DNA of 63,907 bases, filler included, from Octopus bimaculoides (taxonomy: Eukaryota), in the NCBI RefSeq assembly GCF_001194135.2. It is 7 parts of 7 records of this genome, joined end to end, with 100 filler letters (N's around TTAATTAATTAA, not from the genome) between each part and the next. Parts side by side here need not be neighbours in the genome. Positions count along the whole stretch, not along the records: positions 10,225 to 26,524 come from NC_068998.1; positions 26,625 to 39,353 come from NC_068985.1; 5 more parts are not named here. One strand, 5' to 3'. Positions 25,188 to 36,878 of this stretch are shown piece after piece. The notes below the pieces were generated by a model. The model did no database searches. It was not told where the DNA came from and was given only the letters and a program-made list of their open reading frames with translations. Both the position numbers and the translations under genes were made by a program. Numbering within the stretch: position 1 is the stretch's first letter; each line of letters begins with the position of its first letter.

Positions 25188-25883
25188 CCCCCAAAAAACC
25201 GCGTATCTCGGGAATCCGTGGTCCGATATTCGCTAAACTTGTTTTATTCCGTTTGTATTCATATTTCAGGGGTTACTTGCTTTCAGAGTATTTTCCCATT
25301 ATTCGCCGATTTGGCTGTATTATATTACAGACAAGCACACACACAAGCAAGCAAGCAAGCAAGCACACAGTTTTAGTAGTAAATAGATAGATATAACTTT
25401 TGATAACCAATAGAAATACCATACCGAATATAAGACAGGATTCTAATGAAAAAGACAGAATTCTTTCGCTGTAGTAATTCTTCATCCCATTCTTGATGGA
25501 TAGCAATCTTTTTTCGAAAATCAATAGAATCACTGGTGTGCGAAGAATTCGCTTGAACTTGGAAAAGAATATCAGACACGCATTTACTAACTAGAAGCAC
25601 TGGTAGGAAAATAAAAATAAGNNNNNNNNNNNNNNNNNNNNNNNNNNNNNNNNNNNNNNNNNNNNNNNNNNNNNNNNNNNNNNNNNNNNNNNNNNNNNNN
25701 NNNNNNNNNNNNNNNNNNNNNAGCCTTGTGAGTGGATTTGGTTCATGAAAACTGAAACCACCACATCACACAAGTACAAATATACGTGTGTGTGTGTATG
25801 TGTCTATATGTATATAATGTTAGCTGAATTAAAGGTTAAAATATTAATAATGTTATCATTATTATTATTATTATTATTAATAT

Positions 25884-25957
25884 TCAGGTCACTGCCTGGA
25901 ATTGAACTCGGAATTTTGGGTTTAGTAGCCCGCGCTCTTAACCACAACGCCATATGC
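25884..25957 (-). mobile_element. Short tRNA-like SINE head with (AAT)n tail
   Basis: Minus: ggcatatggcgttgtggttaagagcgcgggctactaaacccaaaattccgagttcaattccaggcagtgacctgaata(ata)n; A and B boxes present but no paired acceptor stem. Confidence 0.7.
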
Positions 25958-26281
25958 CTATATAAACTGAGAGTATGTGTGTGTTTGTGCTTCTATGTCT
26001 GCGTTTGTCCCTCCCAATGCTGCTTGACAACTGATGTTGGTATGCTTTCATCCCTGTAACTTAGCAGTTCGGCAAAAGAATCGATAGAATAGGTTTACAA
26101 ACAATAGATAGGTCCAGTGTAATCCGTGGGTAGGAGAGGCGCAGCCGGAGAGTGTAGAGTTCAGAATAAAAAAAAAAATCCAGAATAAATAAATCCAGAA
26201 TGAAAGAAGGTAGAATCCAGAAGTTCGTGTTTGATGAGTAGAGACAGGATTAGCTGGTGCGACCACGTGAGCGTGTATTAT

Positions 26282-26520
26282 ATATGGGAGAATTTACGAA
26301 AAACAAACAACAGACGAAGACAGGTGCTGTAAACAACAAATGGATGTATTAGTTTAACGCTCGGTAAAAGAGAAAGTCATTGACGTTTCGAGTCTATGCT
26401 CTTCAACTGAAAGGAACACAGAAAGAAACAAGGAGAGAAACAAGGAGAAAAAAAATATAAATGTAGTGGTCAGCGATCTATCATGGCGATTGCCGGACAA
26501 AAGGATCACGTCCTGGGGTT
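26282..26520 (+). mobile_element. Dispersed repeat (Penelope-end-like); second copy at 10053-10124
   Basis: atatgggagaat.tacgaaaaa.aa.aacagacga.gacaggtg.tgtaaa.aacaaa.ggatgtattagt shared; contains gacgtttcg...cttcaa. Confidence 0.55.
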
Positions 26521-26624
26521 GATTNNNNNNNNNNNNNNNNNNNNNNNNNNNNNNNNNNNNNNNNNNNNTTAATTAATTAANNNNNNNNNNNNNNNNNNNN
26601 NNNNNNNNNNNNNNNNNNNNNNNN

Positions 26625-26668
<44 letters not shown>

Positions 26669-28704
26669 TATATATGTAAGTATTTTCATGGATATTTAGC
26701 GTGAGTGTGTGGCGATATATTGACTGTAATAACAGAACTCTTAACAGACGTTTTTCCTGCAAATATTAAAACTCATTACACGATTTATGATATTGCGAAA
26801 TTTTGTAATCTAAACATATTAGACCTTTCTGCATATGTGGAAAGATTCGGAACACACACATACATACATACATATGTCTGTCAATCTATCTACTTATACA
26901 TTTACCTCTCTATCTCCCTCTATCTCTTTATCGCTCTATCTCTCTCTCTCTCTCCCTCTCTANNNNNNNNNNNNNNNNNNNNNNNNNNNNNNNNNNNNNN
27001 NNNNNNNNNNNNNNNNNNNNNNNNNNNNNNNNNNNNNNNNNNNNNNNNNNNNNNNNNNNNNNNNNNNNNNNNNNNNNNNNNNNNNNNNNNNNNNNNNNNN
27101 NNNNNNNNNNNNNNNNNNNNNNNNNNNNNNNNNNNNNNNNNNNNNNNNNNNNNNNNNNNNNNNNNNNNNNNNNNNNNNNNNNNNNNNNNNNNNNNNNNNN
27201 NNNNNNNNNNNNNNNNNNNNNNNNNNNNNNNNNNNNNNNNNNNNNNNNNNNNNNNNNNNNNNNNNNNNNNNNNNNNNNNNNNNNNNNNNNNNNNNNNNNN
27301 NNNNNNNNNNNNNNNNNNNNNNNNNNNNNNNNNNNNNNNNNNNNNNNNNNNNNNNNNNNNNNNNNNNNNNNNNNNNNNNNNNNNNNNNNNNNNNNNNNNN
27401 NNNNNNNNNNNNNNNNNNNNNNNNNNNNNNNNNNNNNNNNNNNNNNNNNNNNNNNNNNNNNNNNNNNNNNNNNNNNNNNNNNNNNNNNNNNNNNNNNNNN
27501 NNNNNNNNNNNNNNNNNNNNNNNNNNNNNNNNNNNNNNNNNNNNNNNNNNNNNNNNNNNNNNNNNNNNNNNNNNNNNNNNNNNNNNNNNNNNNNNNNNNN
27601 NNNNNNNNNNNNNNNNNNNNNNNNNNNNNNNNNNNNNNNNNNNNNNNNNNNNNNNNNNNNNNNNNNNNNNNNNNNNNNNNNNNNNNNNNNNNNNNNNNNN
27701 NNNNNNNNNNNNNNNNNNNNNNNNNNNNNNNNNNNNNNNNNNATATATTTATATACGTATATGCACTTGTGAATATACTACTCTAGCAAGTAATAAGTAA
27801 ACATACCACAATGTAGGCGTACAGACCTATACATGTGTATACTTACACATATTAATCATTACATACCAATACACGCTTAGAACAATACATACTCTCACGA
27901 ATACATATGAGTATAGTTGCATAGTGTACTTATAAATATATAAATATATACATACCCTTACATAAATGTACACATCACTGCTTATAACCATTATATACAC
28001 ACATATACATGCGTGCATACATACATACATACACACATAATTATGTCACTTCCTATATCGATTTTCTAAAGCTTCAGACAGAAAAATCAAATCATAGACA
28101 ATTTTCATTTTAGCTACACATTTGACAGTGAAATCCAAATTGCAATTCCAATGCCCCCACAGAGATTACAATATATGTAACGTATATGTTTTGAAGATAC
28201 ATCCTCTCTATATATTTTCTACCGTACCCTTTATTATTTTGCTCAAGATATCTAAACGGTCGCATGAAGACAGAAAGACCACTCTAACCCATTGTACGGG
28301 TAATCTTTTAGAATCCTGAAGCTATCTTAAAAATCCGGTTGCTATAAACAATGGACAGACAGGTCCAAGCTATGCCATTCGTAAAATATATTAAGATGGC
28401 GTCCACCCAGTTCGATCATGTCTGTAAGTCGACAAAAATTTACAAGCCAATATATCAAATTCCAATCAATTTCTCTTATATATGTCGAAGACTGCTGAAA
28501 TTACCCAAATATATGTGTAAATATTAGAATATGTTTCTGTCAGAGGTCCTGTATATTTTTCTTTCGTATTTCACTCACTGGATTGAAACAATACCACTAC
28601 TTAATTTGTTAAGCCGCTAATTTATTAGAATGTAAACACACTAGCACCGGTTAGCTAGGAGTGGTGGGGAACAAATACAGACACAAAGACACATACACGC
28701 CCTC

Positions 28705-29025
28705 ATCTTGGGCAAGTGTCTTCTGCTATAGCCTCGGGCCGACCAAAGCCTTGTGAGTGGATTTGGTAGACGGAAACTGAAAGAAGCCCGTCGTATATAT
28801 GTATATATGTATATGTGTGTGTGTCTGCGTTTGTCCCCCGTAGCATTGCTTGACAACCGATACTGGTGTGTTTATGTCCCCGTCACTTAGCGGTTCGGCA
28901 AAATAGATCTATAGAATAAGTACTAGGGTTACAAAGAATAAGTCCCGGGGTCGATTTGTTCGACTAAAGGCGGTGCTCCAGCATGGCCGCTGTCAAATGA
29001 CTGAAACAAGTAAAATAGTAAAGGA
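28705..29025 (+). mobile_element. 5'-truncated SINE family B nested inside an older minus-strand family B copy (28641-28704 + 29026-29210)
   Basis: Plus copy runs from the CORE-like region to the aagtaaaatagtaaa tail; the flanks are the two halves of a minus copy split at its internal (TA)/(CA) tract. Confidence 0.8.
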
Positions 29026-30239
29026 GTATATATATATATATATATATACGATGGTCTTCTTTAGTTTCCGTCTGCCAAATCGACTCATAAGTCTTTGATC
29101 GGCCCAAGGCTATAGAAGAAAACATTTTCCGAAGATGCCATGCAGTGGGACTGAACCCGGAGCCATATGGTTGGGAAGCAAGCTTCTTACAGCACAGTCC
29201 AACTGCGCATAATGTATATGGTTTCCTTAGCCTTAGGTTTCATAATTCTGGTTACTCATAATCTTTGACGCATAAGTAACCGAAAATACAAACCTCTGAA
29301 CGCGTCGCCAGACGTTTGCAAGACTGAAGAAATTTTGAGGTGAGTGTTATGTTGTTTGCCTCAACCCCACTATTTTACGTGTACTTTATTTGATTGGCCA
29401 CGAAGCGATGAAAGGTAAACTCCAATTCAATCGGATTCGAACTCGCAATGTAATGAAGCGGTATAAATTCTGTGAAGCATTTTGTTCGCTGTGCTATCGA
29501 TTCTGCCAGCTTACCACCTTAGGTAATACTAGTTTCAAATGTTGACACAATTTCGGGGGAGTGTTAACACAATGAAATTGGCCCGTGCTGAACAAATACT
29601 TATTTTATCAAGCCGAAAGGGTCAAAATCAAAATTGGTCCCAATGCAAACTTATATTACCCCTGGATTAATATGTTTTCTGTCCTCCTTATCAGCATAAA
29701 TTAGTTAGTGTCTTGCAACTAACAATATTTAGACTACGGAATTAAAAGTTAGGAAGATTTGTACAATTCATGTTAAAAAACAAAATGTAAAATCTCTAGA
29801 AGTTTCCCCATATGAAATGACGCGTTTATAAAGGCAAAACCATGTTCAGTATTTCCAATATCGGACACTATAATCTCGACAGAATCTACTTAACACTACG
29901 TAACACTGTGCATCCAATAGATTAAGCTTACGTATATGAAGGAAATGACGTAATTCGAGTTTAAAACTCATTCGACAGGACGTATTCTCCGTCTCATAAG
30001 CATAATAGAGAGAGGTATAAAATGAAAAAGGAGTGGTGGGGACAGGAAATAAGCCGTATATATTGTGTAGAATTTTCCTCTTACAATGACTGTTTGAGTG
30101 TATTTTGCTAGATATATAATTTACTTTTACACTTCTTTAGATAGAAACCAGAATATAGTTATATAGTTTTTAGTTTTCTTTACATATTCTTTTTTTTTTC
30201 TACATAATCTACAAAAACGAGTATTGAGCTAAATTGTCT

Positions 30240-30448
30240 TTCTCTTTTACTTGTTTCAGTCAATTGACTGCGGCCATGCTGGAGCACCGCCTTTAGTCGA
30301 GCAAATCGACCCCAGGACTTATTCTTTGTAAGCCTAGTACTTATCCTATCGGTCTCTTTTGCTGAACCGCTAAGTGAAGGAGACGTAAACACACCAGCAT
30401 CAGTTGTCAAGCGATGTTTTGGGGACAAACACAGACACACAAACACAA

Positions 30449-30487
<39 letters not shown>

Positions 30488-30962
30488 NNNNNNNNNNNNN
30501 NNNNNNNNNNNNNNNNNNNNNNNNNNNNNNNNNNNNNNNNNNNNNNNNNNNNNNNNNNNNNNNNNNNNNNNNNNNNNNNNNNNNNNNNNNNNNNNNNNNN
30601 NNNNNNNNNNNNNNNNNNNNNNNNNNNNNNNNNNNNNNNNNNNNNNNNNNNNNNNNNNNNNNNNNNNNNNNNNNNNNNNNNNNNNNNNNNNNNNNNNNNN
30701 NNNNNNNNNNNNNNNNNNNNNNNNNNNNNNNNNNNNNNNNNNNNNNNNNNNNNNNNNNNNNNNNNNNNNNNNNNNNNNNNNNNATATATATATATATACA
30801 TATATACGACAGGCTTCTTTCAGTTTCCGTCTACCAAATCCACTCACAAGGCTTTGGTTGGCCCGAGGCTAGACACTTGCCCAAGGTGCCACGCAGCGGG
30901 AATGAACCCGGAACCATGTGGCCGGTAAGCAAGCTACTTACCACACAGCCACTCCTGCGCCT
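30240..30962 (-). mobile_element. Full-length SINE family B with gap inside internal (TA)n
   Basis: Head aggcgcaggagtggctgtgtggtaag at 30962 and tail aaacaagtaaaagaga at 30240. Confidence 0.92.
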
Positions 30963-31677
30963 GTTCAAAATTTCTTAACATCGTATTTTGTTTTGTTTAA
31001 TATGTGTAGATATTTTTAACATAGTGTAGACAATATGATACATACATACGTGTGTATGCGTGTGCGTGTGTGTGTATTTGTGTGTGTGTGTGCGTGTGGG
31101 TGTGTGTATTTGTGTGTGTGCGTGTGTGTGTGTACGTGTGTGTGTGATACATGTACATATATAATATTGGTTTCAACATTTCGATTCAATTTCGGGAAAG
31201 GGGCTAAGTCGATTACATCAACCCCAGGGTCTAAAAGGTATTTATTTTATCCACTCCGAAGGATGAAAGGCACATCAATCTCGGTGGAATTTGGAGTCAG
31301 AACTAGAAGACGGACGTACATTCATTTGAATCTACAGTTGTGTACGTCATCTATGTTATTTCGTTCACTGCGACTGTGTTCAAATCCAATGATAGCGATA
31401 GGACCTGCTCTCTGTTATGAAAATACGAAAGTAGACCAGGCGTTGAGTTTTGTTGAGATAGGTGAGAAAATCTAGAGCAAATTATGCAACGAAGAATATA
31501 ATTTTCAAGGATATTTTCTCCGAAGTGTATACTTTTAAGAGCTACTTATGTCGGCTGTCGTCACTTAAAAATGGTTTCAAATGACATTTTGTATTTTGTT
31601 GTTCTCTAGAAAATTCCTTCAATTACCTAGTCTCCAATTGTGGAAAGGTCCACGAATAACAACTGTTATTATCAATA

Positions 31678-32100
31678 TTATTGTTCAGTAGTTTTATTTT
31701 TATAACGTGCTTTCACTTCACTACCGAGCGCAGCTCTGTGCGCCTTGGGTATGTACTGTGGTTTGCTGTGGTGCTCTTATGTTTACTGTATTGAAAGTGT
31801 TTTGCGTAGGATGTGTGCAGTACCCAGTAGTGCAATTTTCTGTATGTTATATATATTTGTAAGTCCTGGTGTTTTTGTTATGTATTTGTCTGAATATTTT
31901 TTTTATTATACCTAAGGCACCTACTATGATAGGAATTGTTTCTGTTTTTAGATTCCACATTCGAGTTATCTCTATTTCCAGGTCTTTGTATTTTGAAAGT
32001 TGTTCCATTTCTTTTAGAGAAACGTTGTCATCTGCTGGTATTGATACATCAATTAGAAAGCATTTTTTTTCTTCATGATCTTTGACAACTACATCTGGTC

Positions 32101-32104
<4 letters not shown>
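31678..32104 (-). mobile_element. R4/Dong-like LINE 3' end in (AAT)n
   Basis: NRPDVVVKD..KKCFLIDVSIPADDNVSLKEME.LSKYKDLEIEITRMW; same 3' UTR as 18887-19395; 5' flank is (TAT)n 32100-32205. Confidence 0.92.
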
Positions 32105-32193
<89 letters not shown>

Positions 32194-32212
32194 CATTATT
32201 ATTATTAGTGTT

Positions 32213-32425
32213 AAGGCAGCAATCTCGCAGGATCGTTAGCAGACTGGGCAAAATGCTTGGTAGCGTTTCGTCCGCGCTTATGTTCTGAGTTGAAATTCAA
32301 CCGAGGTCGACTTTGCCTTTCATCCTTTCTGGGTCGATAAAATAAGGAGCAGTTGCGCACTGGGCTCGATGTAATGGACTAGCCTCATCTCCCAAAATCT
32401 CAGGTTGTTTACCTATAGTAGAAAG
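32213..32425 (+). mobile_element. SINE family C
   Basis: aaggcagc...aggtcgactttgcctttcatcctttctgggtcgataaaataag...; tail gaaaggattattatt. Confidence 0.85.
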
Positions 32426-32565
32426 GATTATTATTTTTTTTTTAATGTTGTGGTTGTTGATGTTGCTTTTATAATCAACATCGTCACTGTCATCGTTATA
32501 ACCATCGTCATTTTCACCATTATCGTCGTTATCATCCTCCCTATCATCCTCCTCCTCTTCCCTTT

Positions 32566-32621
<56 letters not shown>

Positions 32622-34134
32622 ACCTCATCATCAAATGCAAGATGCTCTGATCAATAAACAACGACATTCTGTAAGTTTACATCGATTTTCGTAAATGTTT
32701 CCAACGAAAATTTTTAATTTTTATCGTCATGATTGCTTAAGACATTAACGAGAGAAGAAAAAAATTAGGAGTTAAAAATTCTTAGTGTCTCTCCTAATTA
32801 TGAAAGGTACAATTATTTCCTCCCACTCCGACGTTGATGGCCAGCAAAACAATATTTTTTATTAAAAATGTCAATAAGTTTGACGTTTGGAGAGAGGGAG
32901 AGAGTGAAGGGAGAGAAAGGGGGAGGTGCGAAACAGTCATGATAACACTGGTTGTAGCAATACTTAAGCTGTCGTCTGTCTTGAAGATTTTGCTTGTCAA
33001 GGCGGCGCATAACAGCTTCGATGTAAATAACAACGTGAGCAACAACATCAACAACGAAAACAAGAAGAACAGCAGCAGCTGCTGCAGAAGCGAACTTGAT
33101 AGTTTAACAGTGGTATAACCAGGAAAAAAAACACGAAAAGAAAAAAATTGACGCTAGGAGGTGGAAAAGATAAAAATGTTACCAACGATAAAAAGGTCAA
33201 GAATGTAAAGGAGAAGTCAAATGGAACAAGAAACACCAATATGATGCCCAAGAAAGAAAAGGGAAAAAAAAACGACAACAATAACACAAACAGAAGCTAC
33301 ACGATTATAAACATAACTCTAATAACAAAAACAATAACGAACGCAAGATTAACATCAACAAATTTAGCTTGAGTCACTAGCAGATGGACTGAACACAAGA
33401 TTCAGTTTAAATCTGACGTATAATCTTTACTAATGCGAATATAAAGAGTCCTGAGATGCTGTTGATCTCCTTTCGATTCTTCGATCCGTAATAGTAATAA
33501 AGTAGTTTCCCGTCTCTTGTAGTTCTTTGCATTGGTATTCTCATGGTCATTTGAACTGCATGTATTGGTTAACAGAGGCTACACAGTGCTGTGCTCCCTA
33601 GCATAGTCTATTTCGCCATATTCACAGTTGGTTGTAGATCCATCTGAACAAAGCAAATTTTGATCGTCGTATTTCCATTCTCAAGCAGCTGAGTGTCTTT
33701 CACAGAATCTCTGATGGTTCTGAGCTACAAAGGAGATCTTTAGCACTAGCTGAGATTCCAATATTACTTGGAGGAGGGCCATTCTCACGTTTTTCTATCT
33801 AAAGTTGGTGACTGGTTTTCTCAGAGATGTTGCCAGGGGTTGAACATCATCGAGGAAGGTTTTTGATTTCATTCGCAAAACTAGAAGTTGACGTCCTTGA
33901 AGGAGAGACATTCTACATTGAAGCTTTTTTCATCTTGATTCATCTAACCACACACCATTTAAAGGATATAGCTGATGCAAGAAAATGACATGAACTACAA
34001 TTTACTCAACTTCTTTAAAAAAAATGCTTTCTACTATAGATAGAAAATCTGAAGTTTTATCCGGAGTGGCTAGTCGATTATATCGACCCCGGTGCTCATC
34101 TGGGATCGACACTTATTTTATCGGCCCCGATATG

Positions 34135-34697
34135 GGTCTATAATATTTTGGTCCATTAGTTTCTTCATGTTTTTTGAAGTAGGAATGTTACACCATTAAC
34201 TAACCAATAAGGAATCATACTAGGTTGTAAAACATTGATGTAAAGTTTTATTAGCAGTTCATGGCTCTCTGAGAAGACATTCAAACAGAAGTCAAGAATT
34301 TCATCTTTTCTTGGAGATTTTCCGTTTGCTTGACGTCCTGAGAACAGATCATACATCCTCTACCATGATACCCTCCCGCTCTTTCTCTTCTAAGAAGTCT
34401 ATGTCTGTAGATAGTCTATCAGTCCAAGGGGCCTTTTTATTGGGCGTTTTTCCTTCTGCCCAAATGTTATTCCAAAATTCCTGCACTTCTCTTGATGGGG
34501 CAGACTTTACTGTAACTGGTATTTTCTCTACCTTCCTGTAAAAAATTTTGGGGTTAATTTTTAACATCATGTTGTCCTAACGCGCTTTGCGTACCTTGCT
34601 ATGCGGGCAGCTTTAGAACACACCTTTTGCTTGGTGGTTTCTATAGTGGTATCAGTGTCAAATATGGTTTTCATATTATATTTTTCTTTAGCACATT
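34135..34697 (-). mobile_element. R4/Dong-like LINE fragment upstream of and including RT start
   Basis: KQKV.SKAARIARY.KR...NPKIFYR...FWNNIW...W; KSP..DEI..F...PYWLVNGVTFLL.K...YYRPI. 5' flank is (TTC)n 34698-34843 and (TAT)n 34844-34912. Confidence 0.8.
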
Positions 34698-34843
34698 TCT
34701 TCTTCTTCTTCTTCTTCTTCTTCTTCTTCTTCTTCTTCTTCTTCTTCTTCTTCTTCTTCTTCTTCTTCTTCTTCTTCTTCTTCTTCTTCTTCTTCTTCTT
34801 CTTCTTCTTCTTCTTCTTCTTCTTCTTCTTCTTCTTCTTCTTC

Positions 34844-34914
<71 letters not shown>

Positions 34915-36794
34915 TGGTGTAGGAAACGGCAGCATAATCAAAACGTGAATTTCTACTATCCATACAAGCCTGTAGATTTGAACTGCGGCAAATGTTTATC
35001 AAAACGAGATATGTACACAAGCGTACACAATTGGTATGTATACAATTTGTCATTATGAAATATATAGATGTAGACGATTTGAATTAGGAACCCTCCGTCC
35101 ACGAAGAAACGAGATAAAATTGACAAGCCGTCGAAGAAGCTGGCTGTTCTGTAGTCTGTAAGTTTGCTGAAATTGGACACAAAATTTTGTCAAAACACAT
35201 GTTACTGTTTTAAGAATAAAAAGACACAACTAGTCTGGATATTTCCATACAGAACTCGATCAAGCTGTTATTGATTAGAAACTGCTCAGGACTGAAACAA
35301 CACACACATACACACATGTACACTAGCACACAGATTCAGAGACTCACTGACACATATATCTAACTGTAATCGATAGAAGTTTTACTTGGTTACTGGTTTG
35401 ATAGCTCCAGTCACCTTTGATATAATCAGGACAGTGCTGAAGAGACACAGAAGAGCTAAATAACAGATATGGATTGTGAATATAATAGATCTAGATCGAG
35501 TACACTTAATTGGTTATGTGGCAGGCAATGAGTTTAACACATCACAAAATTATACTTAATCGCTTCAGTGAAGGAAACAAATACATAAATATTAAAGAGC
35601 TTTTTATAATACATCATTGTTTTACAATTCTTGGCACAACGGTATTTGTGACGAACAAAATACTTGGCGGCATTTCATCCGTCTTCAAATTCCGCCGAGG
35701 TTGATTTTGCTTTTCATCGATTCAGAGTCGATAAAATAAGTACCAGTTGAACAATAAGGTTTGTTTAATTGACTTACACACGACTTCGAATTTACTGGCT
35801 TTGTGCTAAATTTTGACACCGTTATTATGCATTTGTTATTATGCACCGTTATTACTCAACATGTTGATTCGTAGAAAATAAGGCGTTGTTATATATATAT
35901 ATATATATATATATAGAATATATATATATANNNNNNNNNNNNNNNNNNNNNNNNNNNNNNNNNNNNNNNNNNNNNNNNNNNNNNNNNNNNNNNNNNNNNN
36001 NNNNNNNNNNNNNNNNNNNNNNNNNNNNNNNNNNNNNNNNNNNNNNNNNNNNNNNNNNNNNNNNNNNNNNNNNNNNNNNNNNNNNNNNNNNNNNNNNNNN
36101 NNNNNNNNNNNNNNNNNNNNNNNNNNNNNNNNNNNNNNNNNNNNNNNNNNNNNNNNNNNNNNNNNNNNNNNNNNNNNNNNNNNNNNNNNNNNNNNNNNNN
36201 NNNNNNNNNNNNNNNNNNNNNNNNNNNNNNNNNNNNNNNNNNNNNNNNNNNNNNNNNNNNNNNNNNNNNNNNNNNNNNNNNNNNNNNNNNNNNNNNNNNN
36301 NNNNNNNNNNNNNNNNNNNNNNNNNNNNNNNNNNNNNNNNNNNNNNNNNNNNNNNNNNNNNNNNNNNNNNNNNNNNNNNNNNGTGTGTGTGTGTGTGTGT
36401 GTGTGAGTGTGTTTGTGTGTGTGTGCGTGTGTGCGTGTGTGTGCGTCTTTGTGTACACACACTATTCAAATAAGAACTACAAATAGTTACCTGAAAACAT
36501 GAAAATCCGTTCAGATTTATAGAACATAACTTGTATTTCCATGCAATCTTTTAGACTCGGTGAAATGATATTTATCTCCAACAGGATGAAGTACTTTTTT
36601 TGTTGATCCTACCTATAACGGCAGAGAAAATTATCACAACAAATATGCGTGCGTTTGCATATATGCATATATGTGTGTGTGTTTGTGTATGTCTGTGTAT
36701 TTATATGTGTATATATATTTATGGAAACTTACATGGAGATAGAAAGAAAGAAAGAAAGAAAGAATCAAAGAAACAAAGAAAGAAAGAAACAAAG

Positions 36795-36878
36795 AAAGAG
36801 AAAGAGGGGTGGAGAGAGAAAGAGGGGTGGAGAGAGAAAGAGGGGTGGAGAGAGAAAGAGGGGTGGAGAGAGAAAGAG
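36795..36878 (+). repeat. 18-bp purine-rich minisatellite (agagagaaagaggggtgg)x4
   Basis: Four essentially exact tandem copies. Confidence 0.9.

Noticed and set aside
33400-33960. Coding-looking unique segment
   Set aside because: No open frame or recognisable motif on either strand; possibly an old TE, left unassigned.
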